From Takakia lepidozioides (taxonomy: Eukaryota > Plantae > Bryophyta), in assembly GCA_030704615.1 (NCBI GenBank), contig CM060732.1, forward strand, positions 47,120,001 through 47,184,000: 64,000 nt of DNA, in the 5' to 3' direction. The notes below the pieces were generated by a model. The model did not search any database. It saw only the letters and a list, made by a program, of their open reading frames with translations, and was not told the DNA's origin. The position numbers and the translations under genes were made by a program. How positions within the stretch are numbered: position 1 is the first letter of the stretch; the number at the start of each line of letters is the position of its first letter. Shown here in pieces: positions 1 to 11,386 of this stretch.

Positions 1-1260
1 AACAGTGTGCATCAACGCACACTGTTTGAGCCCCCCTTTTGCCTTGTTTTTGGGTGTGGAAATGTTGCACACAGGGCCACTCTGGCATGTTCAATCCACC
101 CTTTATTGGAAGCTCAAACATTGTGCAGGAACGCACAATGTTTGAGCCCCCTTTGTCATTGTTTGTTTCATGTGAAAATTGTGCACACAGGGACCTCTCT
201 ATGTAAGGTTCAATCCACCCTTTATTGGAAGCTCAAACATTGTGCAGGAACGCACAATGTTTGAGCCCCCTTTGTCATTGTTTGTTTCATGTGAAAATCG
301 TGCACACAGGGACCTCTCTATGTAAGGTTCAATCCACCCCTATTGGGAAGCTCAAACTGTGTGCGGCAACGCACACTGTCTGAGCCCCCTTTTGTGCTTG
401 TTTTTTTATGTGAAAAATGGCCACATAGGGCCACTATGCCATGTTGAATCCACCCCTTATTGGAAGCTCAAACAGTGTGCGACAACGCACACTTTTTGAG
501 CCCCCTTTGTCATTGCTTGTTCGGCCACCATGGGCCCACTCTGCAGGTTGTAAATACCCCTCATTGGAAGCTCGAACAGTGTGCGGCACACGCACAGTGT
601 TTGTGCCCCCTTCAGTGCCTATTTTTTGATTTGAAAATTGGCCACTCATAGCCACTATGCCATTTTCAAATCACCCCTTATTGGAAGCTCAAACAGTGTG
701 TGGCAACGCACACTGTTTGAGCCCCATTTTTTTCTTGTTTTTTGATGAGAAAATCGGGCACCTAGGGCCACTCTGGCAGGTTGAATCCACCCCTTATGGG
801 AAGCTTGTTTTTCATGTTCAAAACGGTCACAAATGACATCTCTCTCAGGTTCAATCCACACTTACCTGGCAGCTACAGTGTGCGGCAACGCACACTGTTT
901 GAGCACCCCTTGTCATTGTTTTTTTCATGTGAAAATCGTGCACACAGGGGCCTCTCTGTAAGGTTGATTCCACCCCTATTTCGAAGCTCAATCTGTGTGC
1001 GGCAACGCACACTGTTTGAGCCCCCACTTGACATTATTGTTTCAAGGTAAATATGGCCACGAATGGCCTCTCTGTCCACACTTACCTGGCAGCTCAAACA
1101 GTGTGCGGCAACGCCCACTGTTTGAACACCCATTGTCATTGTTTCTTTATGTGAAAATTGTGCACACAGGGGCCTCTCTGTAAGGTTCATTCCACCCCTA
1201 TTTGGAAGCTCAAATAGTGTGCGGCAACGCACACTAGTTTTGGCCCGCACAATGCTTGTT
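1..1260. repeat. Tandem array (~120-bp period, ~11 units, continues beyond left edge); each unit contains the hairpin GCTCAAACAGTGTGCG-GCAA-CGCACACTGTTTGAGC
   Basis: Hairpin copies at approximately 1, 110, 230, 348, 465, 568, 686, 870, 985, 1092 and 1207. The sequences between hairpins are homologous to each other (tgtgaaaat..gcacacagg..caatccacccc.tattggaa). Confidence 0.95.
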
Positions 1261-1360
1261 TTCTCATGTGAAATTGGGCCACATCGGGCCTGCTTGCCAT
1301 GCTCAAAACACCATCTGTTCTTGCCTCTCTCTTATATCAATTTGAATGAACAACCGTGTA

Positions 1361-4300
1361 GGAGAAGATGCAAATGGTGGCGGATGAGAACCCTTCGGGG
1401 GAGGGAAGGAGATCATTGCTGATGTGGACGATGAATTCTATGAAAGCAAAGCCGCGGAGGTGCTGGGGGGTGAGAAGGTAAACTCTCAGCTTGTGGTGCA
1501 AAATATGCTTGCCCCGGGTGGGAGGTTGAAGATCCCCCTGTGTAGGTTGGTTTCCATGCCCGTCGTTCGTCCACCCCTCATCAAGGACATCCTGAAGCTG
1601 GAGGCCAAGTTTGTTAATGGGTATTTGGATGGATTCGCAGTCTTTTACATTTCTACAAAGGATTCAAGAGGCAATGAGCTCCTTGTGGATGAGTCATTCA
1701 TGGACTCCTAGGATCCCATTTGGAGACAGGTGAACGAATCCTTCGAACTTCTTCTCTCCAGGGAACCTTCGACCCAGGCATTCTCAGGGAAGATGTTTCA
1801 CGTATGGAATGGCAACCACCGGTTGCTTGCATGGATGGCTGTCATTGGGAGGCTGCACTCACAGGAGGAAGAGTGGCATTACTCTGTTCGATCGATGGTG
1901 CTGGATTGTGACGGGAACATGATGGGTCTTCTGACGGCAATGAATGATGTGAACATGTTGGTTTCTCATTCTACATGTTCCAGTTGTGGTTCCGTGGTTC
2001 TTTTGTTCCAGTCCTCTGTTGACGGTTCTTGATTTTCATTCTGACTTTCACATATCATTTTGCAGAGGGACGGAGACATCGCATGTCAAAACGAGTCTGG
2101 TTCACACACTGTACAGGATACAAAGGATCGGGCAGATGCCCTTGACCAACTTCAAGACCATCCTTTCAGCAGAGATGTACAAGAAGTGTGAAAGCTCCAA
2201 GACATCAGAAACGTGGTACTCGTTGACCCGTGAGGCTTTCATGGAGTATATGTACGCGGTGAGATACATCTTCCATCATGTGGCCTTTCGATATTCCTGC
2301 TTCCAGATCTTTGATCCTGTTTGTTTCCCTTGCCCTTGGGTTGATTCAACTCTCGTGCATTCCCTTGCAGCAAGACATTGCAGGTGTAGGAGAGCGTGGC
2401 AAACTGGAATACTACAGCTCTACCCCTGAGGAGAGAAGGACAACAAAGGGGGTTGAGAGTCACATCAAGAAAGAGATGACCGCCACAAGAAGGACTATTA
2501 TGAGTGCTTTTGTTAAGCAGTTGAGAATTGCCGACCCATCATTCGGATCGCAGTTTCTTCTGGAGGTGAAAAACCATTACAACAAGCCAGGCAAGCCAGA
2601 GATGGCCCAGGAGAAGTTACACAGGTTGTCTACCGCCGTTGTGTCTTCAGAACAGAAGGTGAAGTGGCTACAGATATGGAACTCCGATCCCACTGTTAGC
2701 GATACCCACATGTTCCCCAGGCCGGAGAAAGAGAAGAAGACCCAGCGTGTCATTCTTGTCAGTGACAATGTACTGGATACATGATTTCACAAGGTCACTT
2801 ACTGGAGCCAGGTATGATGTCCTTTGTTGTGTCATTTTCTTTTTGCTTTTTCTGTCCTTCTCTTTCCATTGGCTGTTACATTGGCTGTGATTGTTTTTGG
2901 GTTCATTCTTGCATTTGAATTGTTTTGCAGTTGGAGGAAAGGGCCCGGTCGGTTCTACATACTCAATTGGCTGACTATGGCATCACCATGACAGCACCGA
3001 AGGTCTCCTTCCAAGCATACATGAGGAAATGGAGAGCCACAGTGTGGTAATCTTGTTTCTTCAGAGAGTTCAGCAAGGAGGGTGGCATCAGTCGAACAAA
3101 TGAGCCTGACCAGCAAGAGAAAGGAGAGGAAGCCTGGAAACGATGCCTTTATAGGTGCGAAATGGACTGTGCTTCTTTGTTTTGCAAATACACACCCTTC
3201 TCCATCCAACCTGTTTTGGGCTGGCTCATATGAGTTTGCGGTGCCACACACTCATTTGTTCTATCCGTGTGTAGTAACACCAAGGTGCACACCCTGGGCC
3301 CTTCAGGCTATTTTCTGTGCGGTGGTTGCAATGTACTGTGCCGCATACTGTTTTAGGGGGTCTTCCTGATGTGGTGGAAAAGCTGAGAGACAATCATTGC
3401 ATAATGAGGCTGTCTCTGTTCCTGCAGGTACATAAAGTTTGTTCTCATGGAAGAGAACTGCTTGGACAAACATCCTGATTTCATGGACCTTTGGCTTGTC
3501 CCTGCTGGCAACCAGACCATGTTTACTACTGGGATCTTGCATGACTGGGGCCCAGACCATCTTTTTGCTTGTGGTTGGTATTTGGATTGCCCTCTTTCTG
3601 AGACCCCAGCTCAGGAGGTGTCTTTGAGGAGAGAGAATGAGCGTATAGCAGCCACCGCCGCAGCAGCCGACCTCGACATTCATGATAGAAATTTGCGGAC
3701 TCTTGCAGAGAATGAGCCTCCCACTCAGGATACCCCGGGTAGAGGTAGAAAGGCAAAGGGAAAGGATGTTGCTGGTGGTGTGGGGAAAGGAAGGGGTAGG
3801 GGGAAGGGGGCACAAGGGCAGGTAGGTGGGTAGGGAAGTGTTGCAGATATTGGCCCTGTGGTGCATGTCCAGCAGACTCCACCGCATGGTAGGGGATCCG
3901 AGAGAAAGAACAAGGGGGTGGTTGATCCCAAGGACCCGTACCATGCAGTGGAGCATCCCACGAGGGTCATTTGCCCTACCACGTTGGAGATGGCCAACGT
4001 CGGGTTCCTTGCCATGATGGAGTCCAAGAAATCTGATTACAAGGGCGAGCCATCACCAGTGTGGGAGAGGATTGTGGAGTTCCTCGGCACGGTGCGTGTT
4101 GTCTTTTGCTTCTTGTCTGTTGTGGGCATGGATCGTTTCAATCCTTTTGAGCATTCCATTGTATTCTTGTTTGCAGGCTAAAATGACCAAATCTTGGGTG
4201 AACGGGAAGGAGAAGCCATATGCAGCCGAACTCATCATCTTGGACATCCCTGATGGGTTGCCAGTCCTGGATGTCCCTCCATCGGGTGTTTGTCTAGGTT

Positions 4301-5043
4301 GGAATGCTTTTGATGAGCGCTACTGGCGGTGGGTTTTCTCCTTTTGCAATTTCTTTCTGTCCGATGCAGATGTTTTGGTGCTCATCCAGTCCATCGACCT
4401 TCGCTGTCGCCGTGCACTTGCCAGCTATTTGAAAGCCTCCGGTATGAGGGTCGTGAAGACATGGAATTGTGTGAACAGCATGTACCCGACGAAGGGGGAT
4501 CGTCCGGGAGAGATGGTAAATCTGCCTTCTTGTTCCTCTTCTTGGTGGTTCTTGGATGGAGTTGCATAGGTCGCTCAAACTCATATGTAGGGGCCTGGTT
4601 TTGAAGCTTCTTAGTTCCTTGTGGATGTCTTGTTCGCAGACTCGTTTGTTTGAAGCTGTTTGTCTCGTCCGAGTGCATTCACCTACGACTCCGGCCGTCA
4701 TTAGGGAGTTTGCCATCACTCATGGGGGCAAGTTCATAGACGAGAGGACAGAACCTCCCACGGATGACATGCACCACAACTACGTTGACAACAACGTGTG
4801 CTTGCGAAGGGGGAATGGAGTTCCTTGGAGAGGGGCGAGGGAGAGGAGTCCGGCTTTCATTCAAACGATTGTGGAGTGCTGCACCTACACAGACGCCAGA
4901 GTTCTGGATTTGTCAATGGGCACAAGTTCGTCTCTTCAACATTCACATTTCATGAGGTTTGTTTGAGCTTGCACTTTCAGCACTTCCCACCGTTCCAAAT
5001 GTGTCTTCAATGTCTGTTTCCTTCATTCTATTCTACTGCAGGT
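1361..5043 (+). pseudogene. Multi-exon decayed gene: N-terminal ParB/Srx-like domain plus C-terminal beta-class amino-DNA-methyltransferase-like domain
   Basis: ORF pieces join across GT..AG introns (approx. 1957-2065, 2258-2370, 2812-2930, 4092-4176, 4516-4639). ParB-like motifs: IPLCRL..MPVVRP and FHVWNGNHRLLAW. MTase-like motifs: ELIILDIPDG (motif IV-like), FLSDADVLVL, and ERSPAFIQTIVECCT..ARVLDLSMGT (motifs X-I), in beta order. In-frame stops at 1709 (TAG), 2782 (TGA) and 3831 (TAG). Confidence 0.65.
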
Positions 5044-5454
5044 GACTTTGGTTTGGGTAGAGCATTCTCGCATCATTTGCTCGTTGGTCTCCAAACCATT
5101 CCTATTAGAAGAATGCTTTTGTAAATCCATCATGTTGAAGTCCACGTGATCAAAGAGCGTTCAGGCATTCTCAATTCTGGTGAGCATCCATGATGCTCCC
5201 GCACATACCTGGCATGTTTGCAAGGGTGGTGAGTAAGAAAAGATTTCGCAGGGATCCGCTTTGGATGATGTCAGTGTGCACTTGCTCACGACGTAGCCAC
5301 ATTCCAATGCAGGGGCCTTGATATGTTGATAACGTCTAAATGGATAGAAAGGATGGATACAATGGATGTAACACATCCAGTCTGCATTCCCTGGAAATGG
5401 CTGATCAACCCGCGGTAATAGGTGACACCCGCGGAAATAGGCCCTGTATGCATG

Positions 5455-5538
5455 CTGACGTGACGTGAGCCTGTGCTGGGCTCACGGTTTCCTGGGTTCA
5501 CAGGCTCACGCCTCCGGGCTCACAGAATAGCACCCCCC
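5455..5538 (-). mobile_element. Putative DNA-transposon terminus (reads GGGGGGTGCTATTCTGTGAGCCC on minus) with clustered GTGAGCC-type subterminal motifs
   Basis: About five GTGAGCC/GGCTCAC-type motifs in both orientations within 80 bp, ending at a C6 run. The partner end is not in the window. Confidence 0.35.
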
Positions 5539-7121
5539 GCGTCGACCAACATACTTTGATGTGCTGGAAACGACGGCCCAACAGACCCAACTCAAACAAA
5601 CTTGCCGCACACCAGACTTGGCGAACTGGTAGCCGAACAAACTGATATCCCAAGAGAGCGACTGTCATGCTTGCCGCCGTCGTTGCATTTAAGAGGGTCC
5701 ACAAGACTCCCACGTTCTGATGTGGACGGCCCAATAGACGCAGTACAAACAGACTTGTGGCAGTCAAACGGACTGAAGTGGCAGTCCAACAGACGGCCTG
5801 GAGTCCAGCAGTCCCAAGAGAGCCTTTGTACTCCTGCGAAAGATGATTTAATTGGTGCAGGAGACTTGGACGTGGTGCAAAGTCCGGCCGAATAGACCCA
5901 CTGTGAACAGACTGGCGGCACAAGAGACTAATAAAGTGGCATCTGTCAGACAGACACATGTTCGAAGAGACTGATTTTCAGGTCACCGTCGAGAGGCGAA
6001 ACTGAGTAGAAAAGCGTCATATCCAATGCAGTGGTGGGCCACCAGAGACAATGCGAACAGACTCATAGCAGAAAAGACTGATAAACTGAGTCTCTGATAT
6101 CGATACAGATCCAGTGTCTCGCCCGCGGATGGTTCAACAGACTCAGGAGAGAAGAAGCAAGAAGACTGACGAGAAGAGACTGAGGGTAAACAGGAAACTC
6201 GATTGTCTTCAACTGTCCTCATCGTGTCAATGGACATGATCCAGTCCTACCAGTCAAACATCCATGCACACTTGCAGAATGTCAGCACATGTCTCAGTGT
6301 GGTTCCGCAGGTGTAAATGGATGTTTGAGGACCGTAGGACAGGATCTTGTCCGCTGAGACGAGGAGTAGTAATGTTGCAGTCTGCTGCCAACCCCTCTAT
6401 CATGTGATGGATCCTTGACAAAGCATTGGATCTTCGGGATTTCCATTATGCTAAACTTCTGCACGCTCTTGCACGCCGTTTTACTTCGTCCCCTAAACAG
6501 TCCCATCGTCCGATATGAAATCTGCAATGTATACACGCCCCCATGGGGTCCATTGCAGTACGAAGGGGTATCATGAGGGACCAGAAGCAGATGACGATAT
6601 GGAGGACAGATAAGGCAGTAGCGATTTTATGACATATAAGCATACCATAAAGCCTAACCTTCCCTAAAGCACAACAAGAAGGCCAAAATAGTGGAAGCAT
6701 ATGCACGATGGTGGCTGTAGAGCCCGGCCCGCCAGTCCTGTCATGTTCAGGCACACCCTTCATCATCATTAACGTCGCTCGTGCACAAGAAGAAGACGGC
6801 GTGCGTGGAAACGCCCTCCGCAACATCCGACAACAAAGAGCCCTCATAAGAGAGAGTCCGGTTTTGGTGGCAGGGTTTAGATTTTCCCAGCCCTAAAAAA
6901 GGAGGGCTCGGATGGGTTTTGAAATGTTTGACGGTCCAGATCCGGCGCCGTCAGCGGACTGGATGGCCACGGACTGGAGGGCAGACTGGTAGCAGACTCG
7001 AGGGCAGACTTTTTGGCGCGGCGGAGCGCGGGCAGGGCTGCCGCGGGCGCGGTTGGTGGGCCGCAGCTATTGGGGCCGCGGCAATCGGGTGCGGCTGGGC
7101 GACCGCACGCAGCGGCGGGCA

Positions 7122-7152
<31 letters not shown>

Positions 7153-7240
7153 TCCGGTGTGGGGGAGCCGGGCGTCCGTGCGCGGGGCCCACCGGTCTGC
7201 TCGCGCGTGCGCCATAATGTACCAATTATTGTAAAATGAG
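5539..7240 (-). mobile_element. Probable remnant of another element: AGACT-motif-rich region ending in a GC-rich terminal segment
   Basis: Many AGACT/GGACT motifs at 5610-6250 and 6950-7010. GC-rich block at 6940-7215 with a G29 run, then an abrupt change in composition near 7240. Confidence 0.35.
7122..7150 (+). repeat. Poly-G homopolymer (29 G)
   Basis: Read directly from the sequence. Confidence 0.97.
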
Positions 7241-7499
7241 AGGCGTATTTTTTCTTTGCGTTCTTGTCGGCTGGTGCTTCTACTTTCCATATTGAGGTGG
7301 TCTTATTGGCTTTCTTGTAAAGAGAGACTTTGCGGAGACATGCAAGTCAATGGAGAAAATGTGGTCAAAGTACCTTACACCATGTCAAGGCGCTGAATTG
7401 CTGTTTGAGGCTTGTTTGCCTCAGTTGAGAATGAGATTAGACATCTTTAGAATTGATTTGAACTGAATGGCTTCAAGTTGCAAACATCATTTTTGAAAC

Positions 7500-7710
7500 G
7501 TGCTAGTTGGGGCCATAGATTGGAGCAAGGCAGAGGAAGTCAAAACAGTTGATCAAGTTTGAACTCGACCGCTTAAGGGCTGTAGGGGTGCCATTAAAAA
7601 CATCAACTTGCTATGTTCTGCGTGTCAGTGGATGAAATGTCGTTTGTAGGCACCAAACTCACAATGCGTCACTTCAAGCTAGGCCAGTATGTTGATATCA
7701 CTGGAACCGT
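7500..7710 (+). pseudogene. rpl3: Fragment of organellar (mitochondrial-type) ribosomal protein L3, frameshifted
   Basis: Reads KQLIKFELDRLRAVGVPLK/HQLAMFCVSVDEMSFVGTKLTMRHFKLGQYVDITGT, resembling the uL3 segment ..RAQGVP.K..L.EF.V......VGT.L..RHF..GQYVD.TG. Frameshift in the A-run at ~7600. Confidence 0.7.
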
Positions 7711-8273
7711 GCCACTGGCTTTCAGGTTGGGATTCTTCCCCCCTCTTTATCCTATTTTGACGATGCCTATGTGTGTCTGTTTCATTGATTGGCTATGTTT
7801 CACACCATGACAGGCCTCACTATTGCATGAGCATGGCATGTTCATTAAGATTTTACTGACAAGACCTAAATGATATGACTCTTAGCAAGAGTTGTAAAGG
7901 GGCTACAGGAGATGACTGAGGTTGATGTCACTTTTCATACATTCTAATCCAATTTTTTTCAGGGGGAGGTGAAAAAATTAGCATTTGATCTAACTTGGAT
8001 ATACAAGAAATTAAAATTCAAGAAAAGAAAATTAAGCCTCGCGCAACAATGCAATGCAAAACAGTTGGCATGGATTGTACAAGTGTAGATTTGTAAAAAT
8101 CAAACAACAAATAATATTTTGCTAGTTGCGCTTGTTTGAGTGGAGTAATCAAGGCCCTCCATTCTATCCCCAGTACAAAAGCCATATGCATGCTGCATTA
8201 CAGTCCAATAGAATGCAATCCCACTGAACAAGCCTCTTTACAATTTCCACACTACACTCATCACTCAGTTTAA

Positions 8274-11200
8274 CCCCTAATGGACGAGGCGACCCGTTTC
8301 GGGTCGCATCAGGGTGGCTACATAATTCATCCATGATGTAACTTTGTCGGATGACATCGGATGAAAACAATTTTTGAACGATAGTTGTGCGCCTTGATGT
8401 CATGCACCCGCCTGTCTTTATGGCACCCTAAAATAATAAAATCCCTGCCGTCAGTGTTTTTCTTATTGTGCAGGGGTACCCAAATTTGGGTGGTTCAGGG
8501 CCCTCCAGCACCTTTGATCTAGTGACGTGGCAGGCTAAAGGGGTGAGGGGGCGATCAAAAGCCGGCGACGGGTTTAGGCATGGGGTTGCATGTCCGCCCG
8601 TGCGGACACACCCAGGCACCTGAAATAATGATGATGACGGGCCCGGTAGGTGGCGGGAGCGGCTGGGTATCTTCTCAGGCATAGAGTCTCCAGCCTTCCT
8701 TGCACCTTGCTTACGGGCAATTTCTCTCGATTGTCGCTGCTTTATGTTTTTGCTGCTCTTGTTTTTGCTATCGTCGCATGCAGGTGATTTGTAGGGGGGG
8801 GCTTCTATGTGTGCTCATTATGAGCGCAGCTCGAGCTGCACAGCCATACATTTTCCATGTAGGAAACCACCGGGAGTCGTTCCGCTTTGCGAGATATGGC
8901 CTTGGAACTTGATCTTCCTGCTTTTTGTGCATTGACGATGCTGTTAGGGTTCAATTTGGAGGCGTTGTTGCTTGTACTACTGAGAATCTTCAAATGGAGA
9001 GTGATGGTGGTGATGAACCTAACCTGGATTTTCTCAACTTGTTCAAGCCTTGTACCTGGGAAAAAGGCGTGGGCATCAATTTTGTAAGCGACAGAGATGC
9101 TTTTAGTGGCCCCGACCCTGGGCCTTGCCTCCCTGACATGAAGGTTTCCACTCCTATTTGGTTTTTTCACCTGTTTTGGAGGCAATCTGTACTCGAGCGG
9201 ATTTGCAGAGAGTCCAACCGCTATGCATGTGAAGCGTTGGGTACAGGGACTCGTGGAGGGCCTCGAAGGAAGGAACTGCAGGTTCCTGAACTGCGGCTTG
9301 GATTGGTGTGCGTCTGTTTATGGCATGAAGAAGCTGCCCGTACTCGTTGTTACTGGCAACACTCTGAGGTGTTCTTCTCTTGCCCTGTCATCCGCAAAGT
9401 AATGACCCGAGACAGGTGGGAGGCCATACTTAGATGCCTGCACCTTGTCGACATTTCCACTTTGGTCTCTGATCGCTCAAGTCCCAATTTTGACAAGTTG
9501 GGAAAGTTTAGGTGGGTTTGCGATGAAGTAGTTGCTAGATGTAAATCGTTGTGGAATCTGCACAAGATGTTGACGGTGGACAAGCTTATGATCCGTTACA
9601 AGGGGAAATATTATCCGATTAGGATGTACATGCCAAAGAAGCCATGCAAGTGGGGCATAAAAGCTTGGGCGTTGGCTGATTCAGAAACGCATTATGTGTA
9701 CGATTTCTTTTTCTACTGTGGGAAGAATGCAAAGGGCCCTGAGGGTGACAGGCCAAAAAGTGGCAAAGGTGAGGGTTATGATGTTGTCACCAGGCTTGCT
9801 GCGGGATTGCATGGTTTGGGGCATGTAATTGTCACTGACAATCACTTCACCTCGGTGCAGCTTCTCTATGACTTGGCCCAAGTTGGCACTTGGGCCACTG
9901 GCATAGTCAAATTAAACAGGAGAGGCCTTCCTCCTTCTTTGATTAGGATGAAAAAGTCTAGGACTGCCAAGCAAGGCCAGTCATGGTACAGGATGCATGC
10001 TTCTAAGCAGCTTGCTGCAATCTTGTGGTGGGACAAGAAGGGGGTATTTCTATTGTCTTCTGTAGCTAGGCCAGCATGTAGGCCTTCTTCTCCTATGTCT
10101 GTAAGACGATTCGTGGGACACCAGAGAGTGTCAGTGCCATCTGTTCCTACACATGTGCAGTATCAAACAATTATGCGAGGAGTAGATGTGCAAGACCAGC
10201 TTTGAGGTGCGTACAGCTTGCAGCTACGTACAAAGAAATGGTGGCATCGTGGATTCTTCTTCCTTATGGACACAACAATGGTGATTGCATATATTTTGCA
10301 TTCAGCCCATGTCACCAAGATGGGCCGGCGGGCCATGAGCCATTTGGAGTTCAATTTGGCGCTGGTTTATGCATTGACAGCAGGGACCTGCACAGACAAC
10401 ATGGAGGGCACTGGCGATGGGTCTTGCACATTTGTGCATCAATGCCTTCACACAACGCAGAGGCGGTTGTGTGGTGTTTGTCATGTGCGCACTCATTACT
10501 ACTGCCCTGGATGTGAGGGCAAACACTTGTGCATTGGTGCGTGCTGGAATGAGGCACATCGCCATGGATCGAGGTGACATTTCCAGTTGCAACTGCAACT
10601 GGTGTCGTGCTCTGTTGGCGTTTCTTGTGTGTGTGAGTGTTCACAGGGTGGTGGGGCTGTGATGGCAGGTTTGGTGGTCGCTGCTATGGAGTGCGTTTGT
10701 CGGGTGCTGCGTTTCGGGTGCCCGACAATTCTCCATAAATCGATGACGTAGCCCGATTTTTTGGGCCGGAATCCTCTGCCGGCTCAGGCATGAGTTCCCC
10801 GGAATTTGGATTCAAGTAGAAATAGACCCAAATGGAAATCTATGCATGTAGATTGGTTAGAATGCTTCCAAATTTTTTATGGTGGTGAGTTTCCACCCAA
10901 AGAACAATATGACCAGAGGAACTGACATTGTGATGAAAATTTGGACACATTTGAGGCAGATTTGGGGTCAATTGTAATGGAGAGCATGTTTGACCCACCA
11001 ATTTTCCCATACAAAGCAACCCTCATGTGGTTTTGGAATTTGGTTCTAGAATCTTGGCCCAAGGTGCTCTACATGCCAGGCAATTACAATCTGGGTATGC
11101 TGTATCAATGAAAAATCATTTTGCCAGGCCAATTGCTTGGTCAAACCATTTTTTCACTCCAAAACTAGAGCACAATAAATATTTACAGCTTACATTTTTG

Positions 11201-11386
11201 TTATAATCTTCCTAATGACACGGTGAAATCACTTGAAATTTTTACAGTAGGTTCCTGAAGTAGGTAGGATTACTTTCATACGGTTCATCCCCCTAGATGT
11301 TTGCCAAATGTCAGATATGCCTTCAAACATGAGGACATGTTCAGTTTTGGCATGGGCCCACCAAAAATGGGCTCGTCCATTAGGGG
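8274..11386 (+). mobile_element. Full-length piggyBac-superfamily DNA transposon (3113 bp)
   Basis: Perfect 15-bp TIRs CCCCTAATGGACGAG at 8274-8288 and 11372-11386, TTAA on both sides (8270-8273, 11387-11390), and an internal piggyBac transposase. Confidence 0.96.
8925..10577 (+). pseudogene. piggyBac (PGBD-type) DDD transposase, disrupted
   Basis: Motifs MTRDRWEAILRCLHL, LTVDKLMI, YMPKKPCKWGIK, VTDNHFTS, MRGVDVQDQL, KKWWHR and a C-terminal Cys-rich domain CGVC..CPGC..LC..CW..H. In-frame TGA at 10203 (likely CGA>TGA) separates the two ORFs. Three mutually compensating 1-nt deletions at ~9295-9340. Confidence 0.93.

Noticed and set aside
1-1260. CRISPR array (palindromic repeats at regular spacing)
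   Set aside because: The spacers are homologous to one another rather than unique, there are no cas genes, and the context is eukaryotic.
7200-7245. Helitron 5' end on the minus strand (TC start)
   Set aside because: It is not preceded by the expected A of an AT target, and no CTRR/hairpin 3' end or Rep-helicase is visible.
6877-7290. Pro-rich or Gly-rich ORFs across the poly-G run
   Set aside because: Low-complexity translations of a GC-rich non-coding segment.
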